Positions 1 to 10,584 are shown, numbered from the stretch's first letter. The stretch is 64,000 nucleotides of DNA from a virus (IMGVR_UViG_3300025589_000004:34812-98811); one strand, 5' to 3'. Notes: generated by a model not told the origin, from the letters alone. Translations and numbers: made by a program.

Positions 1-2
1 AA

Positions 3-677
3 TCTGTAAAAAATAATATATTAAATTTACCAAATATTATTTGGCAGTTTATTAATAATAATGCAAATAAATATGATTATATATTGTTTCTAGATAGTAA
101 TTGTAAATATATTATTAATAATTTAGAAGAATATATTAAAAATCATTTAAAGATAATAGACCATTTTTATATTATTGTGGATAATTTAGCAGATTATGTT
201 TTTAAAAATAATTATATATTTAATTTACCATATTATGAGATAATGTTAAAATTAAAAAATAATTTAGAGATTAAATTATTGACTAATTCAAATTTTGGTT
301 CAATATTTATTAATTTGAAAAATTTTAAGAAAATTAGTAATTATCTTGACTTATTTAATCCCACAAAAAATATTTATAGGATTTATTATCTTGACAAAAT
401 AATTCTAGAATTATTTAAGAAAAAACAACAACCTATAATTAAATCAATTGCTATAAATAATGCTATAAATTATAATAATATTGATTTTAAAGATATGTTT
501 TATACAACTTCAATAGAAAAAGAAACATTTAAAATTGCACTATATCATACATTTAAATCAAACATAACAACAGAAAAACAATTATTAATTCAAGAATTAG
601 ATAAAGTGAAAAAAGATATATTAGATAGTAATAATTTACAAGATGTTATTATTCCATTTTTTAATAATATAGAATGA
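3..677 (+). CDS. Partial (5'-truncated) protein, possibly glycosyltransferase-like
   Basis: The frame of ORF 84..677 is open back to base 3 (SVKNNILNLPNIIWQFINNNANKYDYILFLDSNC). YDYILFLDS resembles the strand before the GT-A DxD motif, but here it reads DSN. Confidence 0.35.
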   Translation, partial: SVKNNILNLPNIIWQFINNNANKYDYILFLDSNCKYIINNLEEYIKNHLKIIDHFYIIVDNLADYVFKNNYIFNLPYYEIMLKLKNNLEIKLLTNSNFGSIFINLKNFKKISNYLDLFNPTKNIYRIYYLDKIILELFKKKQQPIIKSIAINNAINYNNIDFKDMFYTTSIEKETFKIALYHTFKSNITTEKQLLIQELDKVKKDILDSNNLQDVIIPFFNNIE

Positions 678-764
678 AGAAGAATATGAAAAACAAAGAA
701 AACAAAGAAAAGAAAAGTAGAAAAAAAAGTAAAAAATAATAATTCTGATACAAAAGAATCAAAT

Positions 765-1775
765 GTGTCAGAAAATAAAACAAAGTTATCTAATGAATTA
801 TTAGAACTAAAAATTGATAATATTATTAATGAATTATTTAATACAGTTATTTTATCAAAAGAAAATAAGGAAATTAATGTTAAATCTTTAATAAAAAATA
901 AAGAGATTATAATCAACTTTTTATATAGTATATTAGATAAATATAAACAAAAAAATAAACATGAATATATAAAAGATACTATTAATCTGATATTTATAGA
1001 AGATAATATTAAAAATTTGATTTTAGCCTTTTTAACTGGAGACGAAGAATTATTAACAGAAATAATAAAAACACAATATAATATAATAACAGCTTTTCTA
1101 GAATATATCTCAGCATTAGAAGATGAAGATTTAAATTTACTATCAAATAATATATTTAAAACGGCGTATAATACAAATAATAATGAATATATTTATTTAG
1201 ATAGTTTAATTTCTATTTTTATTTTAGTTTATTATCTGATAACAGTATTTGTTTCTTTTGATAATAAAAATATATTAAATATAAACAATAATAATAACGA
1301 GAATGAAGAAGAAATAAATAATAAAAAAATATTTTTTAATTTATGTTATTTATCTTCAAGATATAAAAATACAAAATATCCATTATCTTTAATAAACAGT
1401 TTATGTAACACTGAAGGCAGTGTATTAAAAATATCCTTATTATTATTTATTCATGATTTTATAATCAATAATATAGTATACTACATAATACATTTATTAA
1501 TATTAAAACAAATAAAAAATACTGAAAATAATGTAGATATTGTTAGCAAATTAAATATATTTTATTCTACAATTCCACAGGAAGTCTATAAAAAAACAAT
1601 TTCAGATACATGTATGATATTAGAAAGAAATCTGGCAGATATATCTAGTTTTATAAATAAATTATCAATAAAAGATTCAACAGAGTTAAATAATTCAGAA
1701 TTGATAATAGAATTAGCTTTGTATAGGTTAATAATTATATTTTTAAAACTATTTTGTCAAAAATATTTAAAATAG
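765..1775 (+). CDS. Hypothetical protein
   Basis: 336-aa ORF with no motif recognised. Start is uncertain: the ATG at 686 would be in frame with one fewer A in the run at 689-693. Confidence 0.6.
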   Translation: MSENKTKLSNELLELKIDNIINELFNTVILSKENKEINVKSLIKNKEIIINFLYSILDKYKQKNKHEYIKDTINLIFIEDNIKNLILAFLTGDEELLTEIIKTQYNIITAFLEYISALEDEDLNLLSNNIFKTAYNTNNNEYIYLDSLISIFILVYYLITVFVSFDNKNILNINNNNNENEEEINNKKIFFNLCYLSSRYKNTKYPLSLINSLCNTEGSVLKISLLLFIHDFIINNIVYYIIHLLILKQIKNTENNVDIVSKLNIFYSTIPQEVYKKTISDTCMILERNLADISSFINKLSIKDSTELNNSELIIELALYRLIIIFLKLFCQKYLK

Positions 1776-1819
1776 TATATATCCAATAGAATATTTTAAA
1801 AAAAATAGGAAATAATACT

Positions 1820-2284
1820 ATGATAATCGAATATATAGAAAATGATTCTATTAAAAATGATAATGAAATAGGTAAATTTTATAAAATTGTAAAAAATTTC
1901 AACTTAAAAAGAGACTCTGATATTAATAATAAATTTTATTCTTTAGATTTTAAGTTGAATTTATATCATTTCTTTGATATTATTCCAAAAAATAAAAAAA
2001 TAGATTTATCAAAAATAGAAGAAATAGAGATAATTAAATTAGATAATAAAATGCTAAAAGAGTTTGTTAAGTATTTTTCCAATATAAACAATAAAATAAT
2101 TTTAAAAAATAAACTATTAAAATTATTAAACGCATTAAATCTAAGTTTTACAAAAACAGATATTGTAGAATTGATAACATTTTTTATTTATAATATAAAA
2201 ATAATTTCTATTAAAAAGATAAAAATTGCTCATATATTAAAGAAAATATATGAATTAATCTTAGAATTTTCTAAAAACAAATGA
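1820..2284 (+). CDS. Hypothetical protein
   Basis: 154-aa ORF with AGGA upstream, co-oriented with its neighbours. Confidence 0.6.
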   Translation: MIIEYIENDSIKNDNEIGKFYKIVKNFNLKRDSDINNKFYSLDFKLNLYHFFDIIPKNKKIDLSKIEEIEIIKLDNKMLKEFVKYFSNINNKIILKNKLLKLLNALNLSFTKTDIVELITFFIYNIKIISIKKIKIAHILKKIYELILEFSKNK

Positions 2285-2402
2285 TAATCTTTCTAAGAAA
2301 ATACTATTTTGATAGATATTTTGAAAGAAAAAAAAGCAATATAATAAAAAGAATTTTTTATTTTTTAAGATATATTTTAAAAGGAAGAAAAAGGAGGAAT
2401 AA

Positions 2403-3194
2403 ATGAAAAATATTAAAACTAAAATTAAAGAATCTACAGAAAATATATATTCTAGATTTATAGAATTATTAAATACTAAAGAAATAATGAAAATTCTTTA
2501 TTTGTTATTTGTTATCCAAAAAATAAAATCAAATTCTAAGATATTCAAAAATCTTTTACAAAAACATAAAGAAAATTTTAATATAGATTTGTTAATGGAA
2601 CAAGATTTTATTAGAAAAAATATAAAGAAAATTAGTATAATGATGTTGTTTAATTTATATAATAATAATCTTTTTAAAGAATATATCAACAGATTTAAAA
2701 AAGAAAATATTGATAGTTTCGATTCTTTAAATAATTGGTTTAATTATATATTAAATAATCTAGAGAAAATTATAGTACAATTAACAGCAGATAAAATTTT
2801 TTTATCAATAACAAATATCAATAATAGTAATAGTAAAAAAGAAAGCAGAGATATGAATGATATATTAACAAAATTAGATTCTAATATAATAGAACGAATA
2901 TTGGATAATGAATTTAAAGAATATGTTGATTTATATAGAAAATATAATAGTAAGTATGCATTAGATTATATGTATATTTCAAACAAAATAGATGAATTGT
3001 GGTATTTAATTTTGTTTGTTTATTTAAATAGAAAAGAAGCTGATTTAGTTAAAAAACTAGACTCTATTCCAAACGATATTTTAAATAATATTATATCCAA
3101 ACTTTCAAAAAAAATTTGGTATAATATTACTAAAAATAAATTATGTAATTTTTTATATTATATTAATAAAAGTATAATTAAAACAAATAAATAA
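2403..3194 (+). CDS. Hypothetical protein
   Basis: 263-aa ORF with a strong AGGAGG RBS. Confidence 0.7.
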   Translation: MKNIKTKIKESTENIYSRFIELLNTKEIMKILYLLFVIQKIKSNSKIFKNLLQKHKENFNIDLLMEQDFIRKNIKKISIMMLFNLYNNNLFKEYINRFKKENIDSFDSLNNWFNYILNNLEKIIVQLTADKIFLSITNINNSNSKKESRDMNDILTKLDSNIIERILDNEFKEYVDLYRKYNSKYALDYMYISNKIDELWYLILFVYLNRKEADLVKKLDSIPNDILNNIISKLSKKIWYNITKNKLCNFLYYINKSIIKTNK

Positions 3195-3198
3195 GGAG

Positions 3199-4452
3199 AT
3201 GATAATTATGTCAATGTTTAAAATGAAGGATAATAATGTTTGTTTAAAAAATATAGAGATAAATAAATCTTCTAATCTATTCAAGAAAAATACACTTTTT
3301 ATATATCCAGAAATTGGGAATTCAGTAACAGCAAGAGTATTATGGTTTAATATAATAGACGATATTTTACAAAATAGAAAATTATCAGAAATTTCAGATG
3401 AAGAATTGACAAAATTATTAGTATTCAATAAATATGATTTTATAATAACTAGAATTGTACATACAGTTTATAAATACAATAATCAAAATAATAAACTTGA
3501 ATCGAGTTTTGTTTATTGTGAAAAAGATAATACTTCAGAGACAAATATTAAATTAGCAAAAGATATTATAAAAAATAATAATATCAATAATTTTAATGAT
3601 TTATATAATATATTTTTAAAAGAAAAAAAAGAAAAAGTAAAAAATAATGAAATAAACTGTAAAATATGTAATATAATAGATGATATAAGAATAAAATATA
3701 GTAAGTTATTTGAAATAAAAAAAGAAAATAATATAAATGATGAAGAATTTAATAATGATTTAAAACAAATCGGCGGATTTCTTAAATTACAAAAGAAATA
3801 CAGAACCTTTGTTCCAGTTTTTGTTATTAACGATAAATTACATCCAGAAAATCACAATCAAGTAAAATTATTACTATTATATGATATCAATGCTATATAT
3901 AATCTATTTAATTTAGTAGATTCAATGAAAATATTCTTTAATAATCTATCTAAACCAGATAACTATAATCTAGAAATAAGTACTTACGAATATAAAAACA
4001 AAATAAATACTAAGCTTAAATTGATAAAGAATATAGATCCAATAATTAATAAAAATATAATAAAAAATGAAGAAGAATTTTATAATACATATATTAAAAA
4101 TACTGGATTTGACTTAAATAATTATCTAACTAAATCAAATGAAAATGATATAAATAAATTCTATAATATAGCTATAGAAATGCTAAATTCAACAAATATA
4201 ATACTTGATAAATATAATATAACAGATATTAACAAAAATAATAGTATTAATACAATAGTAGTAGATGACAATAATGATAATAATGATTTTATAAATAATA
4301 ATCAAGAAATAGAGAAAATAGAAGATAATGTAAAAGAAAAAAAAGAAGAATTAAATAAAATTGAAGTAAAAGAAGATAATAGTAAGCAAAAAGAACCAGA
4401 AAATAAATCAGATGATTTTATAGAAGATTTTATAAATAGCTTAAATATATAA
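3199..4452 (+). CDS. gp32: T4 gp32-like single-stranded DNA-binding protein
   Basis: CKIC, then KKYRTFVPVFVINDKLHPENHNQVKLL matching the gp32 core (compare NILVVKDPAAPENEGKV); acidic C-terminal tail. Confidence 0.7.
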   Translation: MIIMSMFKMKDNNVCLKNIEINKSSNLFKKNTLFIYPEIGNSVTARVLWFNIIDDILQNRKLSEISDEELTKLLVFNKYDFIITRIVHTVYKYNNQNNKLESSFVYCEKDNTSETNIKLAKDIIKNNNINNFNDLYNIFLKEKKEKVKNNEINCKICNIIDDIRIKYSKLFEIKKENNINDEEFNNDLKQIGGFLKLQKKYRTFVPVFVINDKLHPENHNQVKLLLLYDINAIYNLFNLVDSMKIFFNNLSKPDNYNLEISTYEYKNKINTKLKLIKNIDPIINKNIIKNEEEFYNTYIKNTGFDLNNYLTKSNENDINKFYNIAIEMLNSTNIILDKYNITDINKNNSINTIVVDDNNDNNDFINNNQEIEKIEDNVKEKKEELNKIEVKEDNSKQKEPENKSDDFIEDFINSLNI

Positions 4453-4477
4453 TCAACAAATACTTAACTACTTTAAT

Positions 4478-6121
4478 ATGAAAAAAAATATAATTTTGGA
4501 AGCCATAAAAAAAGAAGTAAGTAGAATGCGTAAAATTAAGCATATTCACTTGCTTAGTGTAGATGAGATATTAGATGTATTTAAAGGTATTGAAAATATA
4601 AATAGTGTAAAAGAACTTGATAAAATATTGGAATTTTCAGAAAAAATAGATTTTGTTAATTGTTCTGTTTCTATTAGTAAATCTGGAGAGATTGGTGTAA
4701 AATCTAAATCTTCAGATTTGTTTACAAATACAAAAGATATTTTAAATACTGCAGAAGAAACCGGGATAGTTTCTTTTAAAGAATTTGCTAATTTTTTGAA
4801 ATATCTACAAAGCAAAAATGCAGATAAATGGTTTAAAGAAATTAAAGAAAAATATTCAAATGAATTATTAGAATTATTAAATAATACTAAAAATAGAGAA
4901 ATACTTACTAGTAAAATAAAAAATATATTAGGTAAACGTAAATTATCAGATAAAGAAATTAGTGAATTTAAGTTTACTACAGATAATATAGATAGAATCC
5001 AAATTTTTGGAGAATTAGCTACACCAAACACTATGAACTTAATTAAATATCAAATGGATAAAATTACTCCAGGTGCTTTTGTAGTATTTGGTTGTGTATT
5101 ATTGCTTAAAAACAAAGAAGCAAAAAAGATTACTGATTTAGATATAAGTACAACTATTATTGGTAAAAAGATAATGACAGATTTTATAAAAATATTTAAT
5201 AGCAATAATTGGCATATATATTACAAAAATATAATCAATTTAATTAAATCAGATAAAATAGGAGAATTATTAAATAGCATAAAAAATCTTGTCAATTTTG
5301 TCAAAAAAAATAAAGATTATATAGACAAGAAAATAGAGGAATTTAAAAAAGAATTGGCAGAAGCTAGACAAAATGAGGATACAAATATAACATTAACTGA
5401 TATATCAAAATTATATTCTTCAGATAAGATTTTGTCTGAATATATGAAATTGATAGAAATAGTCAGAAATAGTATATTAGAAAATGCTCCTCAACAAAGT
5501 TTTCTTGGCGCACCAGAAATAGAAGGAGTAGTTATTAGAAATAAATTAAGTAATAGTATTGTCAAAATTGTCAATTTAGAAAATTTTACACAACGTAATA
5601 TAGAGAGATGGTCAGATAACAAATATCTATCAGAATTAACAGATAAATTATTTAAAGATTTAATAGAAGGAGTATTTAAAAATCCAGATATTTTAAATTT
5701 ATCAAGTAAGTTAAAAGAGAAAATTAATGATTGGTTATTAGCTAATCGTGGAAAAAGATTTTCTTCAATTGAAGATATAATAGAAAAAGTAGTAATTCCA
5801 GATATAGAAGACGATATTTCACAAAAATTAAATAAACTATATAATTTATCTATATTTCAGCAACAGATTAATAAGATATTTAATGAATATATTGATGAAT
5901 TAAATGAAATATACAAAAAGATTTCTTCTAAAGATAATTTAGATAATTTAGATAAAAGTATTTTGTTTAAAATAAATAAAACAAAGATAGAAATTGATGA
6001 ATTATTCAAGAATTTAAATTCAGTAAAAACTATTGATAATGCAATTATTTATGTACTTAGATTTATTTTATATGATTATGGTAGCAAAAAGACAAAAGAA
6101 ATAATAGAAAGTTATGTATGA
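4478..6121 (+). CDS. RNA-ligase-like covalent nucleotidyltransferase-fold protein
   Basis: EKIDFVN (motif I-like), QIFGE (III), EGVVIR (IV) and IVKIV (V) occur in the expected order. Confidence 0.5.
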   Translation: MKKNIILEAIKKEVSRMRKIKHIHLLSVDEILDVFKGIENINSVKELDKILEFSEKIDFVNCSVSISKSGEIGVKSKSSDLFTNTKDILNTAEETGIVSFKEFANFLKYLQSKNADKWFKEIKEKYSNELLELLNNTKNREILTSKIKNILGKRKLSDKEISEFKFTTDNIDRIQIFGELATPNTMNLIKYQMDKITPGAFVVFGCVLLLKNKEAKKITDLDISTTIIGKKIMTDFIKIFNSNNWHIYYKNIINLIKSDKIGELLNSIKNLVNFVKKNKDYIDKKIEEFKKELAEARQNEDTNITLTDISKLYSSDKILSEYMKLIEIVRNSILENAPQQSFLGAPEIEGVVIRNKLSNSIVKIVNLENFTQRNIERWSDNKYLSELTDKLFKDLIEGVFKNPDILNLSSKLKEKINDWLLANRGKRFSSIEDIIEKVVIPDIEDDISQKLNKLYNLSIFQQQINKIFNEYIDELNEIYKKISSKDNLDNLDKSILFKINKTKIEIDELFKNLNSVKTIDNAIIYVLRFILYDYGSKKTKEIIESYV

Positions 6122-7317
6122 AAGATATTAGTAGACCTATAATTAAAACAGTATTGATTCCTGCAGATTCGACTGGATGTTCACATTATAGAATGATATT
6201 TCCAGCAATGGTTATAAAGTCAATGTTTAAAGATATATTATATATTGAAACATATAAATATATCTTAGATAAAGATTTTTATAATGGAATTAAGAATGTA
6301 ATGGTACAGCGTCACGTTTCTGAAGGACAATTAAAATCATTGGAAATGTTAAAATTATTATCATTACAATACAATTTCTGGCTAACTTATAATATAGACG
6401 ATGTAGTATCTCCAGATGATATACCAAAATATAATAGGTCTCATAAAATATATAAAGAGCTTATAAAAAATGAAACAATAAAAAAATCAATGGATTTATG
6501 CGATTTTATTGTAGTTACTACAGATGATTTAAAAAATTATTATATGAACAAATTTCAACAAAATCCAAATAAGTTTATTATAATACCAAACTTTTTACCA
6601 AGATGGTGGGTTGGAGAATGCTACAATCTAGATAAAATATCTCATTTATACGATAAACATAAAAATAAACCAAGAATACTATTTACATCATCATCTGCAC
6701 ATTATGATATGGATGGAAGCAATAATTATATAGACGATTTTACTCATATAAATGATTTTATTATTAGGAATATAGATAAATATCAATTTGTATTTATTGG
6801 TGGACTTATACCAAAACAATTAGAACCATATAAAGATAAACTAGAAATATATCCCGGATATGATATTCTTAATTTTATTAGAGAAGTAAATAGTAAGGAA
6901 TGTCAATTAATTATTGCACCATTACAGAATAATATATTTAATATATGTAAGTCAAATATAAAGTTAATTGAAGGCTGGGCATTAGGCATACCAGTAATAG
7001 CACAGAATTTACCTAATTATTCTAAGTATACAGATTTGATATTTAATGATTCTAATGATTTAGAGACAGTAGTAGAAGATGTTTTGTCAAATAAAAATAA
7101 ATATCTAGATATAGTAAAGAATTGTAGGAATATAGTAGATTTTGGTGATGAGAATCAGCCAAATGGTTATTGGTTAGAAAAGAATATAAACTATTGGTTT
7201 CCATTATTTAATATGCAAAATAAATCATTATATATTGATTTAAATCTGTATAAAAAAATAGAAAATGGTATATTAAATAATAGAAGTAACAATAAAGATA
7301 TTATGGTAACATTATGA
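6118..7317 (+). CDS. Glycosyltransferase, GT-B fold (GT4-like)
   Basis: N-terminal ADSTGCSHYR, NIDD, DFIVVTT, and IAPLQNNIFNICKSNIKLIEGWALGIPVIA donor-binding signature. Confidence 0.85.
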   Translation: MKDISRPIIKTVLIPADSTGCSHYRMIFPAMVIKSMFKDILYIETYKYILDKDFYNGIKNVMVQRHVSEGQLKSLEMLKLLSLQYNFWLTYNIDDVVSPDDIPKYNRSHKIYKELIKNETIKKSMDLCDFIVVTTDDLKNYYMNKFQQNPNKFIIIPNFLPRWWVGECYNLDKISHLYDKHKNKPRILFTSSSAHYDMDGSNNYIDDFTHINDFIIRNIDKYQFVFIGGLIPKQLEPYKDKLEIYPGYDILNFIREVNSKECQLIIAPLQNNIFNICKSNIKLIEGWALGIPVIAQNLPNYSKYTDLIFNDSNDLETVVEDVLSNKNKYLDIVKNCRNIVDFGDENQPNGYWLEKNINYWFPLFNMQNKSLYIDLNLYKKIENGILNNRSNNKDIMVTL

Positions 7318-7874
7318 ACTATTCAAAAAACAATAATAATTATTATAATAACTATAATAAAAGTAGAGGTTATTATCAGAAAAATTACAAAAATTATTCA
7401 AAACAAGAATATAAAAAGAATGATTTAAAAGAAAAAGAATATAAAAAGGAATATAATAAAAATAAACAACAATTAGACTGTTTTGGTATAATATATTACA
7501 AAAAAATGGAAAAAGAGGAAAAGAAAAATTATTATGGTTATATTAATTGTGAAAAGTTAAGTGGTTTATTTAATATAAAGATTTTTGTAGATAGAATATA
7601 TCTATTAGGTATAGAACAAATTAAGGATAATAAATCTATTAGTTTAGATATATATCTCAAAACAACAAAAAATAATGAAAAGCTATTAAAGTTTATATTA
7701 AATAAAGAAATAGATATAAAAAATCTCAAAGATTTATTTATTGGAAAAATTCAAAAGAAAAATGATAAATTAATATTTACATTAGAATTAAGAGATAAAG
7801 TAATAGAAATAGGATGTACAGTAGAAAAATATAATGATATTTCTGGAAAAATAATTTTAGATAATCCAACCTAA
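7314..7874 (+). CDS. Hypothetical protein with low-complexity N/Y/K N-terminus
   Basis: 186-aa ORF coupled by ATGA overlap to the glycosyltransferase. Confidence 0.6.
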   Translation: MNYSKNNNNYYNNYNKSRGYYQKNYKNYSKQEYKKNDLKEKEYKKEYNKNKQQLDCFGIIYYKKMEKEEKKNYYGYINCEKLSGLFNIKIFVDRIYLLGIEQIKDNKSISLDIYLKTTKNNEKLLKFILNKEIDIKNLKDLFIGKIQKKNDKLIFTLELRDKVIEIGCTVEKYNDISGKIILDNPT

Positions 7875-7924
7875 TTAATCTTAACCACATTTAGTCACAA
7901 TCTATTATTTGTTTTATTTATGTC

Positions 7925-7958
7925 AAAAAAAAGATAGGCAGCTGCAGCTACCTATCTT
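7925..7958 (-). terminator. Intrinsic terminator
   Basis: Minus strand AAGATAGGTAGC-TGCA-GCTGCCTATCTT followed by a T run, downstream of ORF 8010..8672. Confidence 0.8.
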
Positions 7959-8009
7959 AATATAATTAATTATAATATCTTAATATTTAATTCAATATTA
8001 ACAAGGAAA

Positions 8010-8672
8010 TCACAAACTATCAATATCAATTTCAGTTTCTATATGATTTGATAGTATTTTCAATCCTTCTTTTACTTTTTCTTTTTCCTCATCAGACAAA
8101 CCAGAAAGAATCTCTTTAAGATTGTCTTCTGTCAAAGTAATCTCAACTTTTTCTTCTTCCTCTTCTTCTGCTTCTACATCTATATCTTCTATATCTGTAT
8201 CAGCTTTTTCATCGGTGTCAATATCAGTATCAACATTTTCATCGGTGTCAATATCAGTATCAACATCAGTATCTACTTCAACATCAGCATCTTTCTCATC
8301 TTCTAGTTCTTCAAATTCTTCATTAATAATTTTTTGGATAGATTCAATAAGTGTTGATTTTGGCGTCTTTTGTTTCTTTATCTTAGACATTTTCTTTGCT
8401 TTAATTTTTTCAAGAATTTGTTGAATTCTCTTCTTTCTAGCAACTCTTTCCTTTATACTTTCCATATTTTTTCTAGCCCCCAAAGAAGGTTTATGTTTAA
8501 TACTCTCAGGAATTTCTTCTAGCTGTTCTATATCTTCACTATCAGCTTTGATATCAACATTTTTCAACAATTCTTTAAGTTTTTTCAATCTCTCATTTCT
8601 CATCCTAATAGTTTCTTCTCTTATTTTTTGAGATTCTTTTTTAAGTCTTTTAATAAGTTCTGGATTGTGCAT
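8010..8672 (-). CDS. Basic/acidic bipartite protein, possible internal head or core protein
   Basis: K/R-rich N-half, D/E-rich C-half with DTDIDTDE repeats; AAGGAG RBS, upstream TATAAATA and its own terminator. Confidence 0.6.
   Translation of the reverse strand: MHNPELIKRLKKESQKIREETIRMRNERLKKLKELLKNVDIKADSEDIEQLEEIPESIKHKPSLGARKNMESIKERVARKKRIQQILEKIKAKKMSKIKKQKTPKSTLIESIQKIINEEFEELEDEKDADVEVDTDVDTDIDTDENVDTDIDTDEKADTDIEDIDVEAEEEEEEKVEITLTEDNLKEILSGLSDEEKEKVKEGLKILSNHIETEIDIDSL
8206..8265. repeat. 30-bp tandem duplication within CDS
   Basis: TTTTCATCGGTGTCAATATCAGTATCAACA occurs twice in tandem. Confidence 0.9.
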
Positions 8673-8862
8673 AATATTACTCCTTTATTTTTTTTTAATC
8701 CATTCTCACTTTTTATATTTATACTTATATTTATAATTTTTTTAAAAAAAAGAAAAAAAATATTTACAAAATTAGTTTTGTTTTATATATTCTATTTATA
8801 TTTTAAATTAAAAAAATTATAATAAAAAAATAAATAAACTCATATATTATTGGAGGATTAAC

Positions 8863-9657
8863 ATGGTAGATATATTAAATAAAAATGTAGAAGGAATTGA
8901 TATTGAAAGTATAATCAATGATTTTGAGGTGTTATCAGATAATAGATATAAGTATTTTTCTGTAGATGAAGAAAAAACAAAAGAAAATTTAGAGAAATAT
9001 TATGATGAAGATATTTTTAAAAAAATTGTTATGGAGTTAGCAAGAGGATTTTTAAAAGAATCTACCTTGTTATCAGATAAAGAATTTCTAAATGATTTAT
9101 TTGTTGAAGCAAAATGTGGATTATTAGAAGCGGCAAGTAAATTTGACGATACAAAAAATAATAAATTCATGACGTATGCTTATATTTATATTAGAAAATA
9201 TATATTTAAATTTATTAAAAAATATCTAGAAAAATATAGTTTACATACTAGTTTATCAAAATTTGATTCTGATAGTGATGAAGATATAGATGATGAAAGA
9301 AAAGAATCAGTGTTATATTCTAATATAGAAAAAGATTATTTTAGTAAATATAGTGGACATAAAGATATAGAGACAGAATTACAATATAATATTACCGAAT
9401 TATTAAATACTTTAAATGATTATTATAAAGACAATCAAGAAGATTTATTTAAATTATATGTTCTATTAAAATACTATTTTGAAGATGAAGATATATCTGA
9501 TATAATTACTAATTATGATTATTTAGAATTAGTTAATGATATAACAGAAAAAAGAGATGGATTTGAAAAAAGATTAAAAGGACTTAAAGGCAGTTATCCT
9601 GCTGCAATAAAAGCAATGATGTTAGATAAAATATTTAAATATGTATCTACATTTTAA
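8863..9657 (+). CDS. Phage sigma70-family factor (region 2)
   Basis: DLFVEAKCGLLEAASKFDDTKNNKFMTYAYIYIRKYI matches sigma region 2.2-2.4; GGAGG RBS. Confidence 0.75.
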   Translation: MVDILNKNVEGIDIESIINDFEVLSDNRYKYFSVDEEKTKENLEKYYDEDIFKKIVMELARGFLKESTLLSDKEFLNDLFVEAKCGLLEAASKFDDTKNNKFMTYAYIYIRKYIFKFIKKYLEKYSLHTSLSKFDSDSDEDIDDERKESVLYSNIEKDYFSKYSGHKDIETELQYNITELLNTLNDYYKDNQEDLFKLYVLLKYYFEDEDISDIITNYDYLELVNDITEKRDGFEKRLKGLKGSYPAAIKAMMLDKIFKYVSTF

Positions 9658-9680
9658 TAGTTTTTTTGTAAAATACTATT

Positions 9681-10208
9681 ATGAACAAATCAAAAAATAA
9701 AGGTAAACAATTTGAAAGGACTGTTTGTAAGATATTTGAGTCAGTATATAATGAGCAATTTATTAGAGTGCCTAATTCTGGAGCATTTATTGGTGGTAGT
9801 AATATCAATAATATAAAAATAACAGAGAATGGACAGAATCTTAGTTATTTTAGAGGAGATATAATCCCGCCAAAAAAATATGAAAAATTGATTATTGAAT
9901 GTAAAAAACGAGCAAAAATAGATTTATATTCAATAATAACAGGAAATATAACGGAAATTAAGGAATGGTTAAAACAATTATATAACGATTATAGACCAGA
10001 CGAACAATTTATTAGATTATTAATAATATCTGCAAATTCTAAAAAACCATTAGTTGTCTTTAATTCAAAATATCATTTAGAATATACATTTCAAAATTAT
10101 CTTATTATTCAAATTGATAATATTATTGAAAATTTATCAAAAGATTTTATTATTACAGAATTATCTGACGTTTTTTTAATAAAAAATGAAATTAATTTTA
10201 AAATTTAA
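9681..10208 (+). CDS. Hjc-type Holliday junction resolvase
   Basis: SKNKGKQFER...RVPNSGA...GDII...IECK, a PD-(D/E)XK pattern. Confidence 0.8.
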   Translation: MNKSKNKGKQFERTVCKIFESVYNEQFIRVPNSGAFIGGSNINNIKITENGQNLSYFRGDIIPPKKYEKLIIECKKRAKIDLYSIITGNITEIKEWLKQLYNDYRPDEQFIRLLIISANSKKPLVVFNSKYHLEYTFQNYLIIQIDNIIENLSKDFIITELSDVFLIKNEINFKI

Positions 10209-10439
10209 AATATAGGATTATCACGAAAATATTTTCTCATAGCATACCGATATTCACTTGTACTATCATATTTTAAACGAGCATTAAAAATCATTTTGTC
10301 TTTTAAAAGACAAAATTTTGTCTTTTATACCAAAATCTCTGGCAATAGATTCTACTCTATAATATTCTGCGGGTGTTGCTTCTTCATAAGATACTAATGG
10401 TATTCCACGCTTGCTTAAATCTGGTTCATCTCTAAACAT
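10205..10439 (-). pseudogene. Small gene frameshifted by a 22-bp direct-inverted-direct insertion
   Basis: Removing 22 bp from 10293-10327 gives a 70-aa ORF MFRDEPDLSKRG...DFGIKDKMIFNARLK...RDNPIF. Confidence 0.55.
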
Positions 10440-10584
10440 ATTAAAATCTCTTATTGTCTTAATAGTCGTACGACTGAATATTAATATTTATTTTTTGTTT
10501 TTTTTATTTATATTTATTTATAATTTATTTATAAATATATATATATTTAACTTTTAGATTGTAAGTCACTTAATATGAATTAAT

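Noticed and set aside
674-765. Readthrough or programmed frameshift joining ORFs 3..677 and 765..1775
   Set aside because: Two in-frame TGAs intervene; a homopolymer indel or a GTG start is simpler, and this cannot be resolved without reads.
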